Origin: Candidatus Bathyarchaeota archaeon
Lineage (GTDB): Archaea > Thermoproteota > Bathyarchaeia > Bathyarchaeales > Bathycorpusculaceae
Direction of reading: 5' to 3'
Length of the DNA stretch: 64,000 nt
Assembly (NCBI GenBank): GCA_963818655.1
Contig: CAWFTD010000019.1
Location: forward strand, 109,332-173,331
In this document: one piece after another, positions 40,279-50,525 of the stretch
How positions within the stretch are numbered: the first letter of the stretch is position 1
Layout: each line of letters starts with the position of its first letter
Notes under the pieces: generated by a model
Told to the model about the DNA's origin: nothing
The model's database searches: none
Seen by the model: only the letters and a program-made list of their open reading frames with translations
Program-made: the position numbers and the translations under genes

Positions 40279-40489
40279 TGTAGTGGCTCAGAACTATTGG
40301 AGTTTAGGGTATAATTTAAGATTACTATCTATTTCCAGCTAAAACACGCCTATTTATGGGGTTGTACTAAATTTAACGTTCTATCGTTTAATTTGAAATA
40401 CTAAACTTTTATTAACTTAATCATACGATTATCAAAAGGATGTTTCAAAAAACAGAGTTTAATTGGAAGAACGTGCAGGATAGGTTGTT

Positions 40490-40933
40490 ATGGAATTGAA
40501 TGAAACTGACGTAAAAATACTCAAAGGTCTCTTAGAGGATGCAAGGTTCTCAAGTAGACAAATTGCCAAGAACGTCGGCGTTTCAGTTGGCACAGTCTTA
40601 TCCAGAATCAAAAAGATGGAAGATGATGGCTTAATCAAAGGGTACTCTGTTATTTTAGACCATGAAAAACTCGGCTACCAACTAACTGTCGTAACCGAAA
40701 TCACAGTTTCCAAAGGAAGACTTGTAGAAACAGAGAATGAAATAGCTAAAATCCAAAACGTCTGCGGCGTATATGACGTCACAGGCTTAACTGACGCCAT
40801 AATAATTGCAAAGTTCAAGAGTCGCGAAGACCTTGGAGCTTTCACCAAAAAACTGCTCTCTCTACCATACATCGAAAGAACAAACACTCATGTAGTCTTA
40901 ACTACAGTGAAAGAAAACTTCCGTCTGCTCTAA
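40490..40933 (+). CDS. Lrp/AsnC family transcriptional regulator
   Basis: HTH (IAKNVGVSVGTVLSRIKKM) plus RAM domain (VYDVTG). Confidence 0.95.
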   Translation: MELNETDVKILKGLLEDARFSSRQIAKNVGVSVGTVLSRIKKMEDDGLIKGYSVILDHEKLGYQLTVVTEITVSKGRLVETENEIAKIQNVCGVYDVTGLTDAIIIAKFKSREDLGAFTKKLLSLPYIERTNTHVVLTTVKENFRLL

Positions 40934-40949
40934 AAGAAAAAGCGCCAAA

Positions 40950-41903
40950 TTAGGGCTTAGCTTTTGGAGAATGGTTTTCCATTTTGTATTTTAGTTCTGG
41001 CGTCGCGATGGTTATTTTTGTTCCTGAAGGCACAGCTGATGTTATCCACACGTTTCCGCCTATGACAACGTTATCACCTATGACTGTCTCAGCGCCTAGC
41101 AAGGTTGCTCCTGAGTAAATGACGACGTTGTTTCCTATAGTTGGGTGGCGTTTGCGTCCTTTGATGATGTTTCCTTTCTTATCTTTGGGGAAGCTCAATG
41201 CGCCAAGGGTTACGCCTTGGTAGAGTTTGACGTTGTCGCCGATTTCTGCGGTTTCGCCAATGACGACGCCTGTACCGTGGTCTATGAAGAAGTTTTTGCC
41301 GATTTTTGCGCCCGGATGGATGTCTATGCCTGTTTGGGAGTGGATGTGTTCGCTCATTATTCTTGGAATTAAGGGTACGCCACTTAGGTAGAGTTCATGC
41401 GCAATTCGGTAAGTTGTTATCGCCAGTACGCATGGGTAGCTTAGGATTACTTCTTCTTGGCTCACCGCTGCGGGGTCTCCGCAATAGGCTGCTTGGATGT
41501 CGCCGCTGAGCATCGCGCGGATTTCAGGCAGCTTTTCCAAAAGCTCCTTGACTACTACGTGGGCTCGTTTTTGGCACACATCTTGTGGGCACTCGCTGAT
41601 TTTTCTGCAGATGTACTTGAGGCTCCGTTCTACTTCACTTGTGAGTCGCGTATAGACCGACGTTAGAGTGCTGCCCAGATGATATTTTATGTTGGCTTTA
41701 GTGATTTCTGAGTCGCCCAAATACCCTGGAAAAAGAACTGTGACTAAATCTTCTAAGACTTCGATGACTACTTTTTTTGAGGGAAGATCTCGTCCTTCAA
41801 GGTGGTCCATGCCGCCGTATTTTTGGTAGCTGGTCATGATTTCGTCTACTAGTTGAGGTAAGCCTTTCTCAACCCAGTCTTGTTCTACTGTCCACGTTGT
41901 CAT
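40950..41903 (-). CDS. cysE: serine O-acetyltransferase (EpsC/CysE type)
   Basis: [31 protein letters not shown] and KRHPT motifs. Confidence 0.94.
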   Translation of the reverse strand: MTTWTVEQDWVEKGLPQLVDEIMTSYQKYGGMDHLEGRDLPSKKVVIEVLEDLVTVLFPGYLGDSEITKANIKYHLGSTLTSVYTRLTSEVERSLKYICRKISECPQDVCQKRAHVVVKELLEKLPEIRAMLSGDIQAAYCGDPAAVSQEEVILSYPCVLAITTYRIAHELYLSGVPLIPRIMSEHIHSQTGIDIHPGAKIGKNFFIDHGTGVVIGETAEIGDNVKLYQGVTLGALSFPKDKKGNIIKGRKRHPTIGNNVVIYSGATLLGAETVIGDNVVIGGNVWITSAVPSGTKITIATPELKYKMENHSPKAKP

Positions 41904-42018
41904 GGTTGCGCATAAGCTTGGCTAGCATTCTATCTGGGTTCCAGCAGTCGGCGTCCAAGTTTTTGTCTTTGCATTCTTGGCATTCTTTTGGGATGGACTG
42001 GTTTGGGTTTGTAGACAT
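41869..42018 (-). CDS. 49-aa Cys-containing ORF, possibly the frameshifted N-terminus of CysE
   Basis: [37 protein letters not shown]...; removing one A near 41907 fuses it in frame to cysE. Confidence 0.45.
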   Translation of the reverse strand: MSTNPNQSIPKECQECKDKNLDADCWNPDRMLAKLMRNHDNVDSRTRLG

Positions 42019-42073
42019 TTTGTTTCCCTTTCTTTAGACTATGTGAAAAGGGGGAATATAAGAAAAGCGTCTT

Positions 42074-43033
42074 TTAAACGGCAATTAGATGTTCGTAGAT
42101 GCTGTGTGCTGGTTCTTGGAAGAGGACAGTGCTTAGGTAGCGTTCACCCGTGTCTGGCAGGATAACGACTATTAGTTTGCCTTTGTTTTCGGGTCGTTTC
42201 GCGATTTCTATAGCTGCATAAGCTGCGGCTCCAGACGAGATGCCGACAAGCACACCTTCTTTTTGCGCAAGCTGCCTTGCCGTTTGAAGCGCCTGATCAT
42301 CAGTGACCTTGAATATCTCATCAACCAAATCCAGCTTTAACACGTCGGGTTTGAAGCCTGCACCTATTCCCTGGATTTTGTGGGGTCCTTTTTGTCCACC
42401 GCTCAACACCGGAGATGCTGCTGGTTCCACTGCTACTGCTTTAAACTCCGGTTTCTGTGGTTTTATGAATTGGGATATGCCTGTTATTGTTCCACCCGTG
42501 CCCACACCAGCGACGACTATGTCTACTTTGCCGTCTGTATCTTCCCAAATTTCTGGACCAGTGGTTTCCCTATGGACTTTGGGATTGGCTAAATTTTTGA
42601 ATTGCTGAGGCATGAAGCTGTTCGGGGTGTTTGCGGTAAGTTCTTCGGCTTTTTTGATCGCTCCACCCATGCCTTCTGGTCCTGGGGTGAGAACGAGTTG
42701 TGCACCGTAGGCTTTTAGGAGGTTGCGGCGTTCTATACTCATAGTTTCGGGCATAGTGAGGATTAGTTTGTAGCCTTTTACGGCTGCTACCATTGCTAAG
42801 CCGATACCGGTGTTGCCGCTTGTGGGTTCAATAAGGGTTGCGCCGGGGTTAATTATGCCTTGTTTTTCTGCTTCCTCTATCATGCTTAGGCAGATGCGGT
42901 CTTTGACGCTGCCGCCTGGATTTCTGGCTTCCAATTTAGCCACTACGGTGGCACTTGCTCCTTGGGTTAGTTTGTTAATTTGGATTAGGGGTGTTTTTCC
43001 TATTGATTCCAAAACGTTTTTGTATGTTTTCAT
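42074..43033 (-). CDS. cysK: cysteine synthase A
   Basis: [28 protein letters not shown] and PDTGERYLS motifs. Confidence 0.96.
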   Translation of the reverse strand: MKTYKNVLESIGKTPLIQINKLTQGASATVVAKLEARNPGGSVKDRICLSMIEEAEKQGIINPGATLIEPTSGNTGIGLAMVAAVKGYKLILTMPETMSIERRNLLKAYGAQLVLTPGPEGMGGAIKKAEELTANTPNSFMPQQFKNLANPKVHRETTGPEIWEDTDGKVDIVVAGVGTGGTITGISQFIKPQKPEFKAVAVEPAASPVLSGGQKGPHKIQGIGAGFKPDVLKLDLVDEIFKVTDDQALQTARQLAQKEGVLVGISSGAAAYAAIEIAKRPENKGKLIVVILPDTGERYLSTVLFQEPAHSIYEHLIAV

Positions 43034-43206
43034 CGTTAACACCTAAATCTATAACGGTGTTATAATTGGTGTGATATAAACCTTTACCACATCCAACCTA
43101 ACACAGTTGCATAAAAACAGTAACACAACTAAACCTAAAACAATTGCGTTCAAACGCAAAGTAAAGCCTTTAAATGTGCCCTGTTTCTATATTTCCGCAA
43201 CACAAT

Positions 43207-43294
43207 GCGGAGGTCGCCCAGCATGGCCAAAGGCGTAGGACTGAGGCTCCTATCCCGCAGGGGTTCGTGGGTTCAAATCCCACCCTCCGCACCA
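43207..43294 (+). tRNA. tRNA-Leu(GAG), no intron, CCA encoded
   Basis: GCGGAGG/CCTCCGC acceptor stem, TAGGA-CTGAGGC-TCCTA anticodon arm, long variable arm, GTGGGTTCAAATCCCAC T-arm. Confidence 0.96.
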
Positions 43295-43468
43295 ACAATA
43301 TCAATTAATTCTACATAAAATTCGCTTTTTACACGTTTCCCGAATAATAAACCCCTCAACAACCCTTTTTGCTTAACAAATTTTCCATCAAAAAACCATT
43401 TTAGATAAGTAATGGTTAAAAGCTAATGATGCACAGTGATAATTTAACACCAAAAAGGTTTGGTAACA

Positions 43469-44084
43469 ATGTCTGCTAAAACTCAACAGAGAAAATTCGT
43501 TTCAGTTGACCCAGGCAAATGTATTGGATGCGGAATCTGCGAGTACGCTTGCACAGTTGAGAAGGGTGAGGGAGTCTGGAATCCTCTTCGCTCTAGAATT
43601 CAGAGTAGTCCGCATGGCACCTGTTTTTAATTTTGCTTTAACTTGTCGTGGATGCGACGACGCTAAATGTGTTAAAGCATGTCCTGAGCGCGCTCTAAGC
43701 CAATCAGAAAGCACAGGCTTACTAATCATCGATCAAACCAAATGCAAAGGTTGCGATTGGTGTGTCCAAGCCTGCGACCATGGAGGAATTACCATTCACT
43801 CAGACACAGGAAAAGCCATAGCATGTGATCTTTGTGAAGGCGAACCAAAATGTGTCGAATCATGCCCTGAGGAAGCCTTAGAAATTGTGGAATCCGACGA
43901 AGCAGCTGAAAAATGCTTCAACGATGCTTTTGCAAATTTACCCATGCAAACAGAAAAATTAACCGTAGCTGTCAAGAACAAAGATTGGAAACCACTTCTT
44001 GCAATCGCAGAGAAACGCTCTGAAAAAATAACTGAAAAACTACAAGCTCTCAACAAAAAAGCAGCTACTAAAAAACAAAAATAG
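43469..44084 (+). CDS. 4Fe-4S dicluster (polyferredoxin, HydN/CooF-like) protein, frameshift near 43600
   Basis: CIGCGICEYAC in the first frame; CRGCDDAKCVKACP, CKGCDWCVQAC and CDLC..CVESCP in the second. Confidence 0.88.
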
Positions 44085-44094
44085 TTTTTTCCTT

Positions 44095-44955
44095 CTACAT
44101 GTTTTCTTCATAACCCTTCAGAAAGCTGTCTATATCTAGTCCAACTTTTTCCCCCACATAACCGCCTTCCAAAACAAAGAATGCAGGTTTTTTTAGTTTG
44201 GCCACTCTTTTGCCTATGTCAAAATAGTCTTGTTCAACTAATCCTAAAGTTGCAAGGTCTCCTTGGTGTGTGTCAAAGCCTGCGGAGACTGCAACAGCCT
44301 CAAACTTGGTTAAATCAACCATGCCTAAGGCTTTGTCGAGTGTTTCTAAGTAGTGTTTTCCGCCTAAATTGATTGGCAATGCATAGTTTATGCAGTTGCC
44401 CTCGGTGAAGTTGCCTGTTCCCGGATAATTAGATGATTGGTGAAGCGACAAATAAACAACCTTGTCGTCTCCTTGAAAAATCTCTTGTGTACCATTACCA
44501 TGATGGCCATCTATGTCCAGAATTAATGTGCGTTTCTTTGATTCTTTGACAGCAATTGCAATGTTGTTTAGGTAGCAGAATCCACGCGTATACGCTCCAA
44601 GTGCTGCGCCGTATCTTCCAACGTGGTGGCCAGGTGGTCGCATGAGTGAAAAACCATTAATTTTGCTGGCTAAGAGAGCTCCGCCGACGGATAGTTGGGC
44701 GAACTCGAAGATGTCTTTGTAGGCAGGGGTGTCTGAGTCTTCAGCCAAACCCTTCTTTACATTGAACAAGTAGTCGGCGTCATGGACACTTAAGATTTCG
44801 TAATCGTTTGCGGGTGTTGGCTCCACAAATTCGTAGCCTTTGGCCCTCAAGATTTCATGCGCACCCTTTACTCTTTGTGGGCCTTCAATGTGCCATGTGC
44901 CATAGCCTAAACATTTCTCTGAATAGACTATTTTTGTTTTCATCACTTGCTGCAT
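44095..44955 (-). CDS. histone deacetylase family (acetylpolyamine/acetoin-utilisation-type) amidohydrolase
   Basis: RPPGHH, GFCYLNN, DIDGHHGNGTQ, SAGFD and LEGGY motifs. Confidence 0.93.
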   Translation of the reverse strand: MQQVMKTKIVYSEKCLGYGTWHIEGPQRVKGAHEILRAKGYEFVEPTPANDYEILSVHDADYLFNVKKGLAEDSDTPAYKDIFEFAQLSVGGALLASKINGFSLMRPPGHHVGRYGAALGAYTRGFCYLNNIAIAVKESKKRTLILDIDGHHGNGTQEIFQGDDKVVYLSLHQSSNYPGTGNFTEGNCINYALPINLGGKHYLETLDKALGMVDLTKFEAVAVSAGFDTHQGDLATLGLVEQDYFDIGKRVAKLKKPAFFVLEGGYVGEKVGLDIDSFLKGYEENM

Positions 44956-45042
44956 CCATTAGACACATAAGTGCGCTTTCACATTTAAAAAACATAACTG
45001 ATCACATTACAATTAATGTGTATGTAATCGGAGAAAGAGTTC

Positions 45043-46992
45043 ATGGTCTCACAGAATCCGTTCGACCTGTTTCGCCAAGAATGCCAAATTGCACTAGCAC
45101 TTGCCCTAAAGAAGATCTTGCCAGAAATCAAACAAACCGTCCCCACCCTAAACAAAACACCAAATATTGAATACGGCCAATTAGCTTCGTCGCTCTGCTT
45201 TGAGTTAGCAAAGAAACTCAACCAGAAACCACTTGCTTTAGCTCAGCAACTTGTGGGGGGCATAGACAAATCTAGCTTTGTCCTAATCGAGAAGGTTGTG
45301 ACGGCAGGTGCGGGTTACATAAACTTCCATGTTAACTTTGATAAATTCTCCGCATTGACTTTAGAGTCGGTTAAAAAGTTCGGGTTTGAATATGGCTTTG
45401 TCAAAACATCGGAGCCCAAAAAAATCATCGTTGAACATACCAGCGTCAATCCACTACATCCAATTCACATTGGTCAGGCTAGGAACCCCATGTTGGGTGA
45501 TGCTTTAGCACGCATTCTCCAGTATAGGGGACATAAGGTTTTGCGTCATTACTACATTGATGATGTTGGGCGCCAATCGTCTGTGTTGGCATACGGTTAC
45601 GTCAAATTGGGAAGACCCAAACCGACCGAGAAAGCTGACCTTTTCGTTGGAAAAATCTACACCGTAACCAGCTGCATAGTCGAGATTAATCGCCTAAAAA
45701 GAGTCCGAGAAACCGCAATAGCTGCTCAGTCAACTGATGACTTAGTTAAAGCGAACAAGGAAATCGACGAATGGATGTCTATCGCCGCTGAACTCAAAGA
45801 AAAATACCCCGTGCTCTTTGAAGCTTTAACCTCACAAATTAGCCAAGACGAAAACCCCGAAGAAGAAATTAGCCGCCTAAACTGCGCTTACGAGAACGGG
45901 GAACCCAACGCAAAGCAACTCATCCGTGAAGTTAGCGATCTGTGCCTTGAGGGCTTCGGGGAAACTATGAAACGAGTCGGCATTATCTATGATTCGTGGG
46001 ATTGGGAGAGCGATTTTGTTTGGAGTACACAAGTTAATGATGTTATGTCTAAGCTTAAGGCTACACCGTTTGTTTACAGTGAAAAGGGCGTTTTGGAGTT
46101 TGACGCAGAAAAGGTTGTTCAAAATCTTGACTTGAAAGTGAAGTTGGGTTTAAGTCAGAACAATGAAGTTCCACCTTTAACCCTTGGGCGAGCTGATGGC
46201 ACAACATTATACACCACCCGCGATATCGCCTACACACTTTGGAAGTTCAAGCACGCCCAAAAAGTCATTAATGTAATCGGTATGGAACAATCGCTAGCGC
46301 AGTTGCAGCTAAAAATTGCACTCTTTGCAATGGGCTATAGCGAATCCGCGGAGAATTTGGTTCATTTCGCCTATAACTTGGTTACATTGCCTGGTTACAA
46401 AATGAGCAGCAGAAGAGGACACTACATCACATTCGATGAAGTTTTAACCGAAGCGGTCCAACGAGCTTACGAAGAGGTTTCGAAACGCTCCCCCTTACTT
46501 TCGGAGGGGGAGAAACGTAAAATCGCTGACTTCGTGGGTTTAGGCGCTGTGCGGTATGCACTCATTGATGTTGACCCGTCAAAGCCAGTAGTATTCACTT
46601 GGGAGAGAGTGCTCAACTTCGAAACTAATAGCGCACCCTACGTTCAATATACCCATGCAAGAGCATGCAGCATACTGCGAAAAGCTGCACGTGAACCAGA
46701 AAAACCAGCCTATGAATTGCTAACTGAAAAACTCGAACGCGAACTCGTCTTAAATCTCGCAGGGTTCCCAGATATGTTTGTCGAAGCCACTGAATACTAT
46801 AAACCAAACATGATTGCAGACTATGCAAATGTGTTAGCGGATAAGTTCAACACCTTCTACAATGCGTTACCAGTCATTAAAGCAGATTCTCAGGAGCTCA
46901 GCGATGCACGTATTACTCTGACGCAGTCAATAAAAACTGTATTGCACAACGCCCTCAACTTGATCGGGGTGGTTGCTCCAGAAAAAATGTAA
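45043..46992 (+). CDS. argS: arginine--tRNA ligase
   Basis: EHTSVNP..PIHIGQARN, RADGTTLY, MSSRRG and YVQYTHAR motifs. Confidence 0.97.
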   Translation: MVSQNPFDLFRQECQIALALALKKILPEIKQTVPTLNKTPNIEYGQLASSLCFELAKKLNQKPLALAQQLVGGIDKSSFVLIEKVVTAGAGYINFHVNFDKFSALTLESVKKFGFEYGFVKTSEPKKIIVEHTSVNPLHPIHIGQARNPMLGDALARILQYRGHKVLRHYYIDDVGRQSSVLAYGYVKLGRPKPTEKADLFVGKIYTVTSCIVEINRLKRVRETAIAAQSTDDLVKANKEIDEWMSIAAELKEKYPVLFEALTSQISQDENPEEEISRLNCAYENGEPNAKQLIREVSDLCLEGFGETMKRVGIIYDSWDWESDFVWSTQVNDVMSKLKATPFVYSEKGVLEFDAEKVVQNLDLKVKLGLSQNNEVPPLTLGRADGTTLYTTRDIAYTLWKFKHAQKVINVIGMEQSLAQLQLKIALFAMGYSESAENLVHFAYNLVTLPGYKMSSRRGHYITFDEVLTEAVQRAYEEVSKRSPLLSEGEKRKIADFVGLGAVRYALIDVDPSKPVVFTWERVLNFETNSAPYVQYTHARACSILRKAAREPEKPAYELLTEKLERELVLNLAGFPDMFVEATEYYKPNMIADYANVLADKFNTFYNALPVIKADSQELSDARITLTQSIKTVLHNALNLIGVVAPEKM

Positions 46993-47136
46993 TCAATTGA
47001 TGCCAAATTTAGATCTTTTTTTGGCTTTTAGTATTTTCTAGGGTTACGCTGTTACTAACACTTTATCCGCTTCAAAACTAAAGCGTTCAGGATAACATAT
47101 TGTTAAGAATAGCTATCTGTTAAAAAAGAAAAATAT

Positions 47137-47418
47137 TTATGGATTTACCCCTTCAGGCTGGGCTTGGGGTAGTGATTCTTTTTCAAGGCTTTCATTTTCA
47201 GCGTTTCCCGCTATGAATGCAATTACCAGCGAAAGCGCTGCTATGAACAGATACGGGACAATATTTGACAAGATAACAAATACAACGTATTCAATGGGAG
47301 CACCGGGGCTAGCGATTTGGATGAGGAAGAATGTGACGATGGCTGAAAAAACCACGAATACAAATGATACGATAGCGAAGAAACGGGCAACTTTGCCTAT
47401 GATTTTAGAGTTTTTCAA
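47137..47418 (-). CDS. small membrane protein with 2 TM segments
   Basis: 93-aa ORF with two hydrophobic helices. Confidence 0.65.
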   Translation of the reverse strand: MKNSKIIGKVARFFAIVSFVFVVFSAIVTFFLIQIASPGAPIEYVVFVILSNIVPYLFIAALSLVIAFIAGNAENESLEKESLPQAQPEGVNP

Positions 47419-47637
47419 GAGGTGACACCAAGCCTCTTTTAAATCAGTGAGATGCTCATTAAGCTATGCTTTCATATTTTTTTGAGAATCTCATTAATAC
47501 CTATGTTTTACACTATGAGAAAACTGAGCTATAATAAACCTATCTAACTAATTAATTGCCCCTCTTTTGCCGTAACCTTCAAAAACAACTTGCTTTCATT
47601 AAATAATAATTTCTTCAATTACAAAGGAACAGTCTCG

Positions 47638-48333
47638 ATGGCGAGTCCAAAAGTTGCACACTGCTGGGTAATATGTAAAAAAATATTCAGTGTCTCACTA
47701 GTCTTCAACGCACTCGTATCGATTGGCTGCGCTGCAGGAATCCTATCAGGGTTCTACTGGCGTTACCAAAATTGGCATCCGTTTGCTCCCTACCTTATCA
47801 GCGCCCTTTTTTTTTGGGTACTAATAATAGCAGCAATAATTAACATTTTTCCAAGCGCTGGACTCGGACGCTCCCTTCATACTGGCAGGCTGTTCTTTCA
47901 CCATTACTTTTACGGTTTCCTAGTCTTGATTTTCTCATCAATCTACATTATTTACTTTACACCTGTCTCTTTGCTTAACATATTTTTCGTAAATAGCACA
48001 CGTCTGGATATTAACACTGGTAGAGTTTTCTTGCTAGGTGGCTTGGCTCTGATTTTAGATGACTTGCCTGATGTTCATGGAAGAATTGAATCTTTCTTGA
48101 ATTGGCTAAAAGCAAAAGCAGGGGAAGGCGGCAAACTTGTCTCTTTTGTGCACATAATCACTGGTGCAATTACATTCTATATTTTTGTCGCAATGACTAT
48201 TGCTATGGTTTACGACCCGACAGCTGTTACGGTAGCAAATCTGATTGTCCTCATCTCCGCGTTTATCACTGGAGTTACCTCATTTATTTTTGTTAAAAGA
48301 AGTTTTTGGCTAAAACTAAGTGCCAATACCTAA
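47638..48333 (+). CDS. uncharacterised integral membrane protein (HHxxxG...LDD motifs)
   Basis: About 6 TM segments; HTGRLFFHHYFYG and GGLALILDD. Confidence 0.75.
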   Translation: MASPKVAHCWVICKKIFSVSLVFNALVSIGCAAGILSGFYWRYQNWHPFAPYLISALFFWVLIIAAIINIFPSAGLGRSLHTGRLFFHHYFYGFLVLIFSSIYIIYFTPVSLLNIFFVNSTRLDINTGRVFLLGGLALILDDLPDVHGRIESFLNWLKAKAGEGGKLVSFVHIITGAITFYIFVAMTIAMVYDPTAVTVANLIVLISAFITGVTSFIFVKRSFWLKLSANT

Positions 48334-48404
48334 TTATTAGATTCTCTTGCAATAACAAATTTCATATACAAGCCCAATAATCTAAAAGCGAGGCGTGCAT
48401 CCTA

Positions 48405-49475
48405 ATGAGTAATGATTCATATTTCAGCAAGAAACTTGAACCAATCAAAGTTACGAAACAAAAACCAATCTCACAACTTCTAAAAGAAATGAGCAAGACA
48501 GCCTATCAAGGGCGCAAACTCGGCGAAGCCGTTGACGTTTGGGAAAACATGATTAATTCAAAAGACACCGTAATCGCTATGGGGTTTGCGGGCTCCATGA
48601 GCACTGCGGGGCAATGGACTATAATTAATTGGCTTATAGAAAACCGCTTCATCGACGTGCTGGTTTCCACCGGCGCAAACGTTTCTGAAGATATCGTTGA
48701 CGCCATGGGTTTAGGATACTATCAAGGCAACCACATGGTAAACGACGAACAGTTGCTCCATGATGATGTCAACCGTTACTACGATGTTTACGGCAAAGAA
48801 ACCGACTACCGTAAAATGGAAGAAGTCGTCACCGACTTTGTTATGACCTGCAAGCAAGATTACTATTATACTTCAGCCGAATTCCTCTACCTACTTGGCA
48901 AATACTTGGGAAAGAAAAAGATTCCGGCAATCTCTGCAGTTGCAGCAGCCAACGGTGTTCCAATTTTCAGCCCAGCAATGGTTGATAGTGCGTACGGCGA
49001 AACCTTCCTGCTGGCAAAGAACCAAGGACATAACGTCCATATAGACAGCGTCAAAGAGTTTGACCAGTTTGTTAGCATCGGCACAAAAACTAAAGAAGTC
49101 GGAGTTGTCTACATCGGCGGCGGCGTCCCCAAAGATCTAACCCAACTCATCGCAATCTCCGTTTCACCCATGACCTGCGACCAAGGCGTCAAAGGCAGAA
49201 AAGGCGGCTTACGCAAAAGCCTACAAGAATACTACTACCCCCACAAATACGCCATCCAAATCACCACCGACTCTCCACAGTGGGGTGGCTTATCAGGTTG
49301 CACACTCGAAGAAGCGATTAGCTGGGGTAAAATCAATAGCCAAACTGGAACACGCGCAGTCTGTTACTGCGACGCAACCATCGCATTGCCACTCATCTGC
49401 CACGCATTAAGCGAGCGTGTTCCGGAGAAACGGAAAGGGCCAGATATGAGTTGGATATTCAAAGGCGTTCAATAA
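48405..49475 (+). CDS. deoxyhypusine synthase-like protein (paralog 1)
   Basis: STGANVSED, IGGGVPKD and GGLSGCTLEEAISWGK with the catalytic Lys. Confidence 0.92.
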   Translation: MSNDSYFSKKLEPIKVTKQKPISQLLKEMSKTAYQGRKLGEAVDVWENMINSKDTVIAMGFAGSMSTAGQWTIINWLIENRFIDVLVSTGANVSEDIVDAMGLGYYQGNHMVNDEQLLHDDVNRYYDVYGKETDYRKMEEVVTDFVMTCKQDYYYTSAEFLYLLGKYLGKKKIPAISAVAAANGVPIFSPAMVDSAYGETFLLAKNQGHNVHIDSVKEFDQFVSIGTKTKEVGVVYIGGGVPKDLTQLIAISVSPMTCDQGVKGRKGGLRKSLQEYYYPHKYAIQITTDSPQWGGLSGCTLEEAISWGKINSQTGTRAVCYCDATIALPLICHALSERVPEKRKGPDMSWIFKGVQ

Positions 49476-49494
49476 ACGCTCAATTTTTTAATTT

Positions 49495-50464
49495 TTATTT
49501 TTTGTTTTTGCCTAACCTTTCGAAAAGTGAGCTAGCCATTATTGGCATTATTACAGTGGCGTCACCTTCGATCATTATGCGTTTGGCTTTTTCGTTGATT
49601 TTTCCCCATGAAACCGCTTCTCTGGGGCGTGCTCCACTGAGGCTTCCATCCCATTCGTCTGCAGTGGTGATGTAGACTACGAAGTCTAAGCCGTCTTTGA
49701 ATTGATTCCACCAAATCGTGTGGTGCTTGCTGATGCCGCCGCCGACAATAAGTGCACCTGATTTTTTGGCGTCGAAAACGATGTTGTTGAGGTCTCCTTC
49801 GTCTTTAAGCAGGTTAATCCTGAAATCTTTGTGGTCTTGACTAAAGAACCAAAGTTGATAGCCTACTGAACCGTCAGTTATGCCTGGAACGAAGACGGGG
49901 ATGTTGTTTTTAGATGCCCAATAAAGAATTGAGGATTCATTGCAGCATCGCAAACCGATTTCCCGGCTGAGTTCGCTTGTGGAGAGTTCCCTTTTGCCTT
50001 CCTTGTATAACTCTTCAAGTAGCCCTATGATTTTCTTTTCTATAATTATGCCGTAGCTATCGTTTGGGACCAAGACGTTACCAAGGCGGTTTAGTCCTTT
50101 CTGATGAAGTTTAGAGTCGTTCATGATGAAGCTGCCTTTGTAGTAGTCTTTCCAGCAGCGTGCTACGTCATGGTCAAGTGTGCCGCAGGTTGTGATTAGG
50201 ACGTCGACAAGTTTGCGTTTAACTAACTCCTTGATTACGCCTCGTGTACCGGTCGCGCATATATCGGCGGGGAAAGAAAGGAACTTTACGCAACCCTTAG
50301 AGTTAATCATGGATTCCATTATGTTGACGCCTGTGGCAAGCTTACCCGCGGTGAAGCCCCACGCCGCCTCCATCTGCAAAACAAGCTCGTTAACAGACAG
50401 TTCTTTCTGTAAAATCGTAATCTTTCACTGCAACTTTGTGTGCTGCTTCTTTGCGCATGACCAT
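49495..50464 (-). CDS. dys: deoxyhypusine synthase (paralog 2, canonical), 5' frameshift near 50405
   Basis: TTCGTLDHD, NRLGN, TDGSVG, GGGISKHH and DGSLSGARPREAVSWGK motifs. Confidence 0.92.
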
Positions 50465-50525
50465 TTTCTCCTACAGCACCTGTCTAGGCAGAGATGAAAA
50501 TAAAAGGGTGTCGAAAACGTTGCGG

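Noticed and set aside
43260-43294. tRNA-Leu 3' end as the att site of an integrated element
   Set aside because: No duplicate of the tRNA 3' end and no integrase seen; argS lies just downstream
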